This document shows positions 12,693-24,819 of a stretch of 64,000 nt of DNA, one piece after another (position 1 is the stretch's first letter; the number at the start of each line of letters is the position of its first letter). The stretch is from positions 304,978,001-305,042,000 of the forward strand of contig OZ024740.1 of assembly GCA_964016885.1 (NCBI GenBank). Direction: 5' to 3'. Source of the stretch: Eledone cirrhosa (lineage: Eukaryota). Made by a program: the position numbers and the translations under genes. The notes beneath the pieces are model-generated. The model did no database searches. It was not told the origin of the DNA and saw only the letters and a program-made list of their open reading frames with translations.

Positions 12693-12754
12693 TATTCTAT
12701 TATATATATTTCAAGGGTACCAAAAGCTTTGGTACGCTTTCATCAGATAAAATA
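12693..12754 (-). ncRNA. Type I hammerhead ribozyme at the end of an AT-rich Penelope-like remnant (~12575-13680)
   Basis: tattttat-CTGATGA-aagcgtaccaaa gct tttggtaccctt-GAAA-tatat-ATA-atagaata. Confidence 0.8.
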
Positions 12755-13844
12755 CGAAGTGTGTTTTATAAATTTTGACATAGCCAAGGAAACATACCTT
12801 ATCAGTTGAATTTTCCTTGGGTAGTGATATTAAAGAACAGATTTTTCAAACTTTTAGGATGAGTATGCAAATTAATATGTAAATGAGGTTGAATTATATG
12901 ATTGAAAAACCGTTATTTTAAACGCTATGGAAAGTTTAGATATATTAGTAGGAGAGAAAAAAAGAAGGAAAAGGAAAAAGAAGACCACTTATATACGTTA
13001 ATTTGGGGGAAATAAATTTGAATATTTACCTATATTATGTATATATTTATATGGAGAATTATGTTTGTAAGTATTTATCTTATTATAATATTGTAGTGGG
13101 TTAAATATATAAATATCAATATATATTTTAATAATAGCATATGTAATTATTAAAGAGATAATTTGCAATTATTAGTTGTTTATAATATGAGTTACGAGGG
13201 TGTTGATTTTGTGTTTTATGTAGATAAATAAATAAATAGGTAGTACAAGTTTTAGGTGGTTGTTTATAATATGAGTGATGAGGGAGTTGATTTAGTATTT
13301 TATGTAAATAAATAGGTAGTTAAAATTATGGATTTATATATTTGGATAACTTGTTCTGCTTTGAGAATGTTTTAAATTAACAGAGTTAGGTATAAGTTTA
13401 TATGATTGAGAAAGGAAAAGATAACTCGAATTTTGTTTGTTAATCGCTAAAAAAAATTTTTAAGAGTTAGTGTGAGATTAATTAATTATTTAGTCGAAAG
13501 AAATGTGAATGTTTAAACATCGTCTTGAATAGGGTACATTTTTCTAATGTCAGTTAATGGTTATTAATCTACGTTTAAAAAATAGCTTTAAAGGGTGTCA
13601 TTGGAAAAATATAATCTAAGAATTAAAAAATTAAAATGATATAGATATAAATATAAATATATATTTCTTCCTCACTTTTCGTTGCATTAACATCTTTGAT
13701 TGTTTACAGTCTCGCTCGTTCCCCTTATTTACATGTCCCAACGACTTTCTTTAGCCGTTGCTCGCACCAACCAGAGGTATATGGTCTTTAAAGCGATGAA
13801 ATATCAATGAAGGTTGGAAGATCACTGATGAAGGACTAACTTTA

Positions 13845-13880
<36 letters not shown>

Positions 13881-14519
13881 GAAATGTTTGCTGAATGGTG
13901 AAAGTACTACAAATATTAGAGATATTACCATTTAGAGATATTAATATATTAAAATATTAAAAATGTAAATTGTTAAAGAAGATAAGATCATTTTGAATAT
14001 TATAAATTACACATAGTTATGAATGTAGAATTTTGGCGACGTCTGCAAGAAGAAAATAATTCTGTTCTGAGATTAATAGAGTTTTGACAGTTAATTATAT
14101 TAAAAAATTCTTCAATACACAATTTACAGAATTTTGATAAAGCCATATTTTAGTACGCAGGTGCTTTGAAATCGTTTTCCAAGATATTGAATAGTCCATA
14201 TTCTTGCTTTTTAAGTTTCATATAAGATGTGAAAGAGAAGTAGAAGATTTTTTATCAGATCTTCTGAAAGAATGATTATGGCTATGTATACGTATATATA
14301 TATATGTATACGTATATATATATAGTGTGTGTGTGTGTGTGTTTACACATATATTTACATTTGCACACGTGTTCATTTTATTAGTAAGGTCTGAGGAAGG
14401 ACACAATGTGGGTGATGAGAAGAGAGGTGAATGGGTGAAGAGTGTCTGATTGGAGGTGGTATGAGACCAGCCGACTTCAAGAAGTTACTTCAGTCATGGT
14501 AGAAAGGACCGAGAGGACA

Positions 14520-15060
14520 AGCTCCGCATTTCCAATGTCTATAGGAGTCTGAGATGCTATGGTAGGTCCCTCGACATGCCTAAATGGTTTGTACTGCCGT
14601 CTATATGCTGGTCACTTCGCTCGCCACACCAAGCAAAACATGATCATTAAATGGACCTTAGCTCAGGAAAATAGCCCTTCAATTCTGGATTATGGGAAGA
14701 GACCCGATGGTCTTACTCTTTGTCTCTGGGTAAGAGACAGATGTCTCATCTGGGGCGTCACAATCAGTGACTCTTTTGCACCCTCCCATATCATGGATGC
14801 CATAGGAAATGTGAGGTCACTGCTTCTGTTGCTGAATGGAAAAAAATCTGAAAATACTGGGAACTACCAAACTTATTTTTTCCAGCCTGTGATGTTTGAG
14901 ATGTTTGGTGGAGTTGGGCCGCTGACAGCGAAGTTCTTATCATTGGCAGCTCGCCTTACTGAGATGTCAGGTGATGCCTGTGAGGGTGCCTGATTGTTTC
15001 AGCACCTTAGCCTCACCATCACCCGTGGTAATGCCGCAAGTGTGTTGGCTTGCCTCAAAA
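14520..15060 (+). mobile_element. CRE-clade non-LTR retrotransposon 3' fragment (restriction-like endonuclease)
   Basis: GKRPDGLTL..W...CLIW.VTISDSFAPS, FFQPVMFEMFGGVGP and LFQHLSLTITRGNAASV match the PD-(D/E)xK endonuclease C-terminus of CRE elements. Confidence 0.75.
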
Positions 15061-15519
15061 TTTTCCAATTAACCCTTGTGGTGTGTGGTTAATTGCCGCA
15101 CTTGGTGGTGAATTGATGGTAATTTTTGTTTTTGATTCCCTTTTTTTCTTTCTCTCACTTTGATCATATATTTTTGTGCATTATATTTGTGAGGTTCCTA
15201 GCAATAATTGTATTTATTATATGTTTATATTTTGATTCTGTAAGAATTATAAACAATTTGTAATGTTATTAATTCATCGGCAAATTGTTATTGATGTTTT
15301 TGATAAATCAAAACGATGACAGAAATGAATAAATTGATTTGAACTATATATTTAAAAAAAGAAGAGACAGTATATATATGGGCCAGAGAGTGAGCATAAT
15401 ACTTTACACATTGCATATCCATACCAGTACAGTCTTACGGGTACACTACATACACACTTAAACTTTTGTCTTTAATCAATTTTTCTCTCACTCTTTTTAC
15501 AACCTTCAAAACCTGATCT

Positions 15520-16320
15520 CTCTAGTGCATTTTCTTTGCCCTTGTAGCAATTGACAATTCTGCTAATATGCCAGTCATTGAGTATGACAACTTCCTGTAC
15601 TACTCAATAACTATGTGAGTAACTAGCTTGTGTCCTCTGCCAAATAGTTTAACCATCTCAGCATCAATCTCTGATGGGCTACCTGCCTTTCCTGTCTTCA
15701 TATCCTTGACCTCCATTTTATCTACCATATTGATTGTAACTTAGATGTCTGATCAAAGCGAGAGTAATATCATCACCATCATCATCATCACTGGTTTATG
15801 TTTGTCTTTTTATGCTTGCATGGATTGGATGTGATGTTCAGTGATTTGAGATTAGCTCTCATCACTTCAGCCAAAGCTATAACCACTTTTATGGAGACTT
15901 TTTGGGTTCGGAAAAAGCTCATTTCACTGTGAGCTTTGACTACTAACCCTATACAAAGCCTACAATTTCTGTTAGTCTGCCAACAATTCCACTGCACCTT
16001 GTATACCCAAGTTTTACATTGTGTACATAATATCAAAGTTCCTACCAACTTCTTGTCTATGTACTGAGCATGACTACTTCCCCGATGAACCCCCAGAGTG
16101 TCTTTGGTTTTTGTTTGGTTTACTGTAAGTTCTGTTTCCACAATAGGAATTTCTTCACTAGCTCTTCCACAGATTCTGCTCTAAAAACCTGGTCATTAAA
16201 ATATAGGAGTTCCCATGAGTAGTCAGTTTTAAACTCCTCAGTTATGGCCTGGGGGACTATAATAAACAGAAATGGGCTGAGAACTGAGCCCTGTTGAATA
16301 TCTACTTGAACACTTCAACT
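15520..16320 (-). mobile_element. Highly decayed RTE LINE fragments (PHD-type family)
   Basis: Remnants include QGSVLSPFLFIIVPQAITEEFKT and ILCTQCKTWVYK, with many stops. Confidence 0.7.
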
Positions 16321-16505
16321 TAAACATTGACAGTGTCATCGATCCTCTGGAGTTAGTCAATGTCACAAGAAATGGTATGAAGAAGATTATAGCTTTACCA
16401 ACCTACTCTCAAGCTGAAATATATGCCATGGAGAGGGATGTGACACATTACAGAAGGCAAGAGAAACAGTGTATAATGGATGTATGTTTAGTTTGTGTGT
16501 TTTAA

Positions 16506-16763
16506 CCCTTTCATTACCATATTTCTAATGAAATAAACTGCCTGTCTGTTTCAATTAATATTGAAAATAATAAAAAAGATTTGGAAGAATTTAATAAAAT
16601 AACTAAGTTTTTTATATGTAAGCTGATATTTAGAACGTTACTTAACACAATTTAAAAAAATAAAATTATGATAGAAGGTTTTAATATAAGGATAAACAAA
16701 TTGAAACAAGTGGTTTTGTATCATAAATCCAAGGTGGTTTTATGCAGTTTGGTAACAAAAGGA
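16506..16763. mobile_element. piggyBac-like MITE related to family 1
   Basis: TTAA|ccctttcattacc...ggtaacaaaagga|TTAA. Confidence 0.75.
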
Positions 16764-17519
16764 TTAAAAGCCTTCAGTGGAGAAAACTTACGTAGAAACA
16801 TGTTGCAACAGAAACATAAAAAGATAGAACTTCTGAGCTGCCAAAAGTTAAAGTGTGTTGTGAGGATTTGTTATTTGTGAAATCTGTCTCAACCAGCTAA
16901 GCTGCCATTTAGCATTTAGTAAATTACAACTGCAATGGAAAAAAACAATATAAGGAAAGGCCATAGAAAGAATGCCATAAATGGAACATATGTGCTAGAC
17001 ATGGTCATGTGATTGGTTTAGCCTCAGAATGTGACATTCCATTTAATTCATTGCAAGCATGGAAAAATAGACCTTAACCCTTTTGTTGCCAACCCAGCCA
17101 AAACCGGCTCTGGTTCTATAAAATAAATCCACCCATTTTAAAGTTTTCTAATTTAGATTAAAATCTTCCAACATAATTTTATATAAGAACCTGACAATAA
17201 GTTACAATCTTAGTAATGAAATAATTAATAATCTTATTAAATCCTATAAAATTCTTCATTAACTAATTGAAATAGAATGTATTTCATTAGTGATGGTGAA
17301 AATGATGAAGCCATTGACCAAGATTTGACTCTTATAGACAAAACCTGCAACTTGTATAAAACCAAGTTAGTCCTGATCTAGCAGTCCTATGTAGTAGTCA
17401 TTTCAGCTGGAATCAACTCTTTTTCTTTTCTTCCCACAGTGTACTTGGGACTACATTATCCAGTATCTCCTTCTTTGCCCAATTATTCCTGAGAGGGTCA
17501 TGGGGGAAGAGTCCTCAAA

Positions 17520-17945
17520 CACTTCTTCCAGTGGGTCATGTCAGAAGCAACCGTTTCCAACTGATCTGGGTGGATCCTCAAGCGAGACCAGCTGAGCTCA
17601 TGATGTTATCCAACCATCTTGTTCGGGGTTTACTCTTGTGTCTCCTGATGGTTGGTTTTGCCTGTAAAATATCTCCAGAGATTCTAACCATATGCCCGTA
17701 ATATCGGAGCTGTGATCTCTCAATTCGGAAAAGTAGCGGTTCTACCTGGAGTGACTCTGAATCTCTGAGCTACACACTCTTTCGAGTAACATTACTCCAA
17801 AGACCCTTCGAAATAACCCCATTTCGACTGCTTGTATTCGTAATCATATTCTTTTGGTCATAGCTCAAGATTCATGACCATAGGTAAGGGTTGGCACAAA
17901 TACCAAATTGAAGATAGTGAGTTTGAACTTCTTCCCCAGCATCTC
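17520..17945 (-). mobile_element. Decayed RTE-group LINE 3' fragment, another family
   Basis: PTLTYGHES, EMGYFRR and SQLRYYGHMVR...KPRTRWLDNI. Related fragment at 34140-34410. Confidence 0.7.
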
Positions 17946-18318
17946 CATTTTTTTAAATCATAGGGTGGGATTTCAGAGATTTGGCAGCTGGTTGTAGCAG
18001 GTCAAGTGGGCATATAGAGGCTCCTTCTTTGGTTTGGACCAATGAGTGGATATTATTCGAATATTTTTATTTATTTACTATATATCAAACCAATTTCAGC
18101 AACTGTAAAAAACTGTCCCAGCTTCCTGTTTAATTTCTGTCATATCTATACAGCAGCAATTTTAAACTTTTAACAAAAGCTACCATTTCTCTGAGATTAA
18201 CTAATAATTAATACTTGTAATTCTGGTAGCAGAGATTATCTTTAAAATGTAAATATTAAAAAACATTTTTGTAAATAAACATTAAAGCATCGAGTGAGTT
18301 GAATTATTTTTAAAAAAG

Positions 18319-18469
18319 GAAAATCTCAAATGCAGGAGAATAGCTGTGGCAACAGCTTTAGAAAAGTGGTTGAAAATATCTCTGTAGACAGAAAAAGTAA
18401 CTAGTAGCCACTACAGAGAATCAAACTCTTTGGATTCTTTGTAGTGATTGTCCTGCATTTGAGATTTTC
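18319..18469. repeat. 151-bp palindromic element with perfect 19-bp inverted ends
   Basis: gaaaatctcaaatgcagga/tcctgcatttgagattttc, plus an internal hairpin cactacagagaatc/gattctttgtagtg. Confidence 0.8.
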
Positions 18470-18499
18470 TTCTTTTCTGTAAAAGTCAAAGTTGTTTAA

Positions 18500-18728
18500 C
18501 TCTTTTGTGACCATATTTCTAATGAAATATATTTTATTTCAATTAGTTAATGAAGAATTTTGAATGATTTGCTAAAATTATTTATTTCATTACTAAGATA
18601 GTAACTTAATGTAATGTTCTTATATAAAATTATGTTGGAAGATTTTAATTTAAATCAAAAATCTTTAAAATGGGTGGATTTATTTCATATAAGCAGAGTC
18701 AGTTTTGGCCAGATTTGTAACTAAAGAG
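18500..18728. mobile_element. piggyBac-like MITE, family 1
   Basis: TTAA|ctctttt...aaagag|TTAA, homologous to 5853-6084. Confidence 0.8.
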
Positions 18729-19079
18729 TTAAAGAAAATCCTGTAACACTTCTTATTGTTCAAGCTACAAAGGGGAAAGAGATCTTATTTTAATGTGAGC
18801 CATATACCAGATATCTTATTTATTACAGCAAATAACAGACTTTTATGTGAGCTTTATAAGATCTAGAATGAGAAAAAACAACTGTCCACATGTGTTTATA
18901 TAACAAGTACTATACAGTGGCAATAATCATTCATCAAACCATGTCAGTGGTCAAGATTTTTATTAATATTTAATTGGAAATATTTTATGTGATATTTGTC
19001 ATTAATATAAGTTAAATAAAACCTGAGCATCAAAACTTCCTAAACCGAACTTCCAGATAAGTAAGGGAGACTTCTTTTT

Positions 19080-19795
19080 CTTCGATCCTTAGCTGGTGAT
19101 TGGGAGAGGCTGTCCTCTCAACCAATATACTGCTATGGGTGCGGCTGGATAATGAACTCTGATGATGATTCTCTTCCATGCTTTTCTATCCATGGCACTG
19201 ACCTTAGCATAGTCACGGTTGAGGTGCTGCAATTCAGGTCCTCCTCGATTTGTTTCACCCATGTTTTCCTCAGTGTACTGCACTGGATTCTTCAATTCAT
19301 GGATTGTTGTCGCGACAAAAGTTGGTGTCGTAGTCTTCCGATGCTCACCCTGCAAACATGACCAAACCACTGTAACCTTCATTGCCGAATTTGATTTTCA
19401 ATGGTCAGCTGCTGCTGGTATTGTTCTCAGATGTTTTAGATTCTGTCACGTAGAGACATCAAGGATCTGATGAAGACATCGCATTTGGAAGACCTGAAAC
19501 TTTTTCAGGTCCTATTTGAGGATGGTCAGTGCTGTAGAGGACAGATAGAACCAGTATGCGGAAAAGATGGATCTTGGTCCTTAGGGAGATATGATGCTTC
19601 TTTCAGACACACTGTTGAAGAGATCCAAACACAGAAGTCGCAGACACGATTCGGCAGTTGATCTCTGCTGTAGACCCCACTTAAATATCCTTTCTAGACC
19701 AAGTCTAACAACAGCCCAAAGCAGAAAATATAGAACTAAATTCACCGAAAGTCTGTCTATAGTATGTGAATGACTAAATCTACTAGTCAACATAG
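19080..19795 (-). mobile_element. Decayed RTE-group LINE 3' portion
   Basis: Broken frames resembling the RT thumb and C-terminus of RTE elements (AKVSAMDRKAWKRII). Confidence 0.55.
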
Positions 19796-20542
19796 CTGGT
19801 ACTTTATTATCTAGCGATGGAGTCCATCAATATGTTCTCTATCCTTAGCACAATTGTTATGTTGAATATAATTAATCCACTAATATTGTTTTGTTTATTT
19901 CTCATTACATATTTTATTCTACTTCAGTTTTTTTAATTATCAATATATTAAATATGCTATTGTTTATCATGTACATGGTGTCTCATAATTATTTAATTTC
20001 TAAATAAATTTGTTTTTCATATTTATGTATATTTTCATATTTATGTATATTCACTAAGTGATTTGTTTGCTATCTCTTTGAAAGATTACAGTGCACTTAT
20101 ACTTTGCCGATGAAGTCGAAATAAGGTAAAAGATGTCCAAATATCCAGTAATATGAAAAAATCTTAGTCATTAGCTAGTGTTGTCTTTTTCTTACTGTAT
20201 TTTTATCTAATTCCTCTGCTTTTATATACCTTAAATGAAACTGCAGTGTCACATTCTACCATAATTATCTCCCCTGCCATGAAAAATTATTTCTTAAAAC
20301 TTACAGTACAGCATTCTCTAAATATGATGCAGAAAATAAACCGTATGGCTCAGAAATGAACAACACAAAACTTTTAAGAGACAACGGCAACATTTGTATA
20401 TTGTGATGCCTTGAAAACACCTCAAACAAGAAAGACCTTTCGAAGTATGGTATTTACTACACTAGCATTTTGTTTGGTTTTATTATAGTTTGAAATAAGT
20501 ACGACAACCATAAACTTTTGATTTTATTTCGTCAATATTGGG

Positions 20543-20937
20543 TGCTCTCAGGTCCCAAATAATAAGGGGGGATTGGAATAAGTGGGGATGTTGGAATAAG
20601 CGGGGGGTGGAAAACCGGTAATTTTTCTTGCTTATCACCGTTGATTTTTTTTTTAAAACCAGAATTAGTTGTTTAGTTTACATATTGAGTCCCCCGACCC
20701 ATCCTATTTATTTTATAACGGAAGGGATTTCTTGTAATGTACTTTTTTTGTCATGTATAGTGTATTTTAATGTCTAAAGAAAAGTGATTGTTGTAGGAAT
20801 GCTACCACTTAAAATAAAATTTTGCCAGAGATAGATTAGCAAAATCTAATAAGAGCAGGGCTTGGAAAAATTTTGAAAAATTAATAAGCGGGGGGGGGGG
20901 GGGGGGGGGGGGGGGCATTATTAAAGACCCGAGAGTA
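20543..20937. mobile_element. MITE, same family as 4094-4417
   Basis: ctctcaggtcccaaataa...ttattaaagacccgagag-TA. Interior matches the reverse complement of 4130-4400. Confidence 0.75.
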
Positions 20938-21638
20938 TGCCACAGGTTGTATAACGAATATTGTGGGCGATAATACCTTGCAGTATTTCATAACATTCTC
21001 TTACCTTCTCAGTTGAAATCTTGCTGCCATCAACTATCACCTTTTCAGTATCTAAGTACCTGCCCCCTACCTCACCCCCAAACTCTACCCAAAGTTTGAG
21101 GGCTTGTGCAATGCTAGATGTTATTACCACTGTTGCATCATTAAAGATTGGGACATATTCCTGGCAATAACAACTATGACTTCGCCTCCAGGTTTTCCTT
21201 TAACTGCCATTAGTCTTTGTATGGGAATAAAAAAGGGATGATCTTTTAAAATCTGGAATATGAAGAAGAAATTGCAACTGAGAGATGTCAACTGTCTAAG
21301 CCAACCAAACAGGAGAGATATACATAAGAAAATACTTATAGATTTATTAATAAACTATTAAAGATCACTGGCAATGTTTATAAGAGATCTGGGTTTAAAA
21401 GAATGCTTTAAAATGTTGACATTTCTAATAGTAAAACACAAGTAATTACTAGGGAAACCTGTTATAGAAATGGTATGAAACAAATTTGGTGGATTACATG
21501 CTAACTTGGACTTATAGAGGAGAGTATAGTGACTTATTTATACAAACTAACTGAATCTATGGTTTAATTATTAGTAACCATCATGTATTAAATATCAATA
21601 TGAGATTTTAAATGTTTTATTTATAAGTTATATATATA

Positions 21639-21674
<36 letters not shown>

Positions 21675-22129
21675 AAAGGTAAACAGAAATAACAACACAT
21701 ATGTGTGTGTGTGTGTGTGTAAAATGTAAACAGAAATAACAAATCAAAAGACACAGTTCATTGAAGAAATATATTAGCTTAATGATTGAAATAGCAGGAA
21801 AAGAGTCTTAACATTTTGAACACTAGTCCTTCATCAGAAGATAGAGTTAGAAATAGATGATAAAATAGAAAGATAAAGAGTGAGAAGCAGAAGGAACGGG
21901 GGAGGGAGATAGTAAAAACACACGTGTGTATTCAGTCAGCCATTTTAAAGATATATATGTAGAACCTGAGACCATAGGTAAGCAAGATGCAGCCCCCCTC
22001 CCCTCCCCGGCCTATCTGGGCAGCCAGTAGCCCCATTTCAGTGCTGACTTGGTCTACATAGACCCATCCAACTGTTGCTAGCAGGGAAAGAGAAAGCGGA
22101 CATTAAATGATGATGTTGATGATAATATA

Positions 22130-22583
22130 TCATCAAGAGGGCTGAGGGTGTCTTAGCATCACTCAGCAAGACCTTTGTCAGCCACTCTCCAGCTATCTAT
22201 TTAAGGCTGTACAACAACAACCCTGAGTACCTTTTTGATTTCCATGTGTCTAACATACGTGGACATGTTCACAAAGTCAGAAAACAGCACAGTTCCCATG
22301 ACTTTCGGAAACATTTTTTCACGCTCAGAGTTGCTGAAGCATGGAACAAACTACCTGCATCAGTTGTTAGCTGTCGAGACACTGCATCCTTTAAAACCTC
22401 CATGCTTCCCGAGATTCGCCAACACTACACCTAATGTTCCCCCTCCATACACATACATACATGTATATCATGACTCATACACTGTTCACTTCCCTGACAT
22501 TTGTATATTATTCTATGTACTATACATGCACCTTTGACGAGTTGTAGTGCACCTGAGCACTTTACACAATAATTTCATTATTA
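22130..22583 (+). mobile_element. CR1-group LINE 3' fragment with internal deletion
   Basis: Matches ~27405-27487 joined directly to ~27722-28090. Confidence 0.9.
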
Positions 22584-23234
22584 TCTCCTTATAATATATA
22601 ACCAGCAATTTCTCTGTCTGTCTGTCCGACAGTGGAAACACGTGCGCGCGTGGTTGCTATCTCTCTCTCCAGCTATCCCTCTCTTTTAGTCTGTCTGTTT
22701 CTCTCACTCTTTCTCTTTGTAACACACTAACATTCCTCGCCTCTATCGCTGTGACGATTGGGGAGGAGGAGGAGGAGAGAGTCACTTCGTCACTTCACCT
22801 CTGCCTTTCTTTCTCTCCCCTCTCACTCCCTCATTACGTACAGACATTAGCGCGGTGGATTGGCAGAATCTGTAGAGAGTCGGACACCATGCTTCATAGC
22901 ATGGAGTTACGTCCCTTTACGGTCTGAGTTCAAATACCGCCAAGGTTAACTTTGCCTTTCATCCTCACGGGGTCGATAAAATAAAGTACCAGTAATGTAC
23001 TGGGTAATTGCTGGCCTTGTGCCAAAAGTAGAAACAATTATTAGAAACATTGCTTCATTTTTACATATCTAAGCATTAGTAAAATAACTAATAATTTCAA
23101 AAGTAATTTTTCAATTCCAATTGTTATGAACAGCAAAACATTAATAATAATTTTGTTCTAAGAAATATATATACATTTCTGTGTGTGTAATATATATATA
23201 TACACACAGAAATATATATACATTTCTGTGTGTG

Positions 23235-23277
<43 letters not shown>

Positions 23278-23858
23278 CACACTGAAATATATATACATTT
23301 CTGTGTGTGTAATATATATATATATATATACACACACAGAAATATATGGGCATTTCTCTGTTTGTCTGTCTGTCTGTCCTTCCCTAAAACTCAAATGTAG
23401 GTGCTACAGAAATATTACCTTCCCCTTCCTTTCTCCACTTTGGTACTACCAAGAGAAACACTGTCGCTATAGAAACATTACCTTCCCCTCTCCACTGACT
23501 TTGGTCACTGAGGCCGAGGGAATCGCTGGTTGCTATAGAGACACCTTGCACAAGCCAGAAGTAACCAGTTCGAGGCGGTTCTGACTTGACACCATGCCAA
23601 GGACCATTTGAAGATATATTTCCATCGTTATATCATAACGTTTATATTTCCGTCACTAATCTCTTTTTCGTTTTAACATATATTTATTTCAATGATTTCA
23701 CCGTATAGATAACATATATATTTATACATGCATAAAAGACACACCGAGAGACGGTGAACATGTGGTGCCGAAAACATTTCTCATCCAAATCTCAACAATA
23801 TCAGTATATACACTAGATTTGCTAGCAGAAAACCGCCCACCGGGTGGTTTTCTGCTAG
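22584..23858 (+). mobile_element. Probable non-autonomous Helitron, possibly composite
   Basis: Starts A|TC followed by tataatatata and (CTGT)n. Ends in a hairpin plus CTAG at 23855-23858. Contains a SINE insertion. Confidence 0.55.
22852..23039 (+). mobile_element. tRNA-derived SINE
   Basis: Full copy of the 8306-8492 family, flanked by attag repeats. Confidence 0.9.
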
Positions 23859-24641
23859 TCTATATATATAAAATAGAGGATGTCTGTGTGTCTGTTTCCC
23901 TAAAACTCGAGAAGTATCCAACCGGTTTTTTTCAAACTTTATACATGTAACTCGTATGACCCCGGAAGTGTTTTGAGCAAAAAAATTTCAAATTTTCAAT
24001 GCCCTAGAGACCGCATTAGGCGATTTAGCAATCTCTTTCTCTTAGTTTTTCTCTTTTTAGATAGATACATAGATATGACGTCGTGCCTTCATAATATCTG
24101 TCTGTATGCCTGACTGTCTGCATTACGTCATTATGACGCGATCAGTGTGTGTGTGTATATATATTCTTATGCCAGGGAACGTCTTCACGAACCAAAGTAT
24201 CGTCTTCCTGTTTTCCACATTGATTTTTTTAGTTTCAGAAGATCCCGTTAAGGTTGAAAGCAGCGATTCTTTGCTTAAACATTAATATGTTATTTTAATA
24301 TAGATATTCGTGTACAGATATTTTTGCATACACAAAAACAAAATATAAACAAACAAGGCCAAAGATTACATCAATTAGTCTTAGTGTACTGCATACTGCT
24401 TTTAGGTAGAATATCCCGTTAAGGGTGAAAGCAGTGATTCTTTGCTTAAACTTTAGTCTGTTATTTTAATATATATATATATATATATATAATTATATAT
24501 TTATGGACAGATATGTTTGCATACACAATAACAAAATATAAACAAACGTATTTATTTCCCGAGGTTCGATAAGGATAAATATATATCAAATATATAAGAA
24601 CCCTATAGCAAATCCCGAGCAACGCCGGGCCATTCTGCTAG
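23859..24641 (+). mobile_element. Non-autonomous Helitron
   Basis: 5' TCTATATATATAAAA..tgtctgtgtgtctgt. 3' hairpin cccgagcaacgccggg, then CTAG|T. Internal ~125-bp duplication (24240/24412). Confidence 0.8.
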
Positions 24642-24819
24642 TTATTATTATATGTGTGTGTGTAATTACATTCTATATATATATATTTATATATATATAT
24701 ATATATAATTTTTCGGCTCTGTTGTATTACATTGAGCTATATCCTATACTGTCATTTCTCTTATACGACGAGTGAGTTTAACTCTAACGCACTCAAGTAT
24801 TTTAATCTTATATATATTT

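Noticed and set aside
13815-13850. CTGATGAAGGACTA hammerhead half
   Set aside because: No GAAA half or stems follow; the sequence runs into (TA)n.
20100-20135. CCGATGA-agtc-GAAA hammerhead-like motif
   Set aside because: The core is mutated and there is no stem II; at best a decayed relic.
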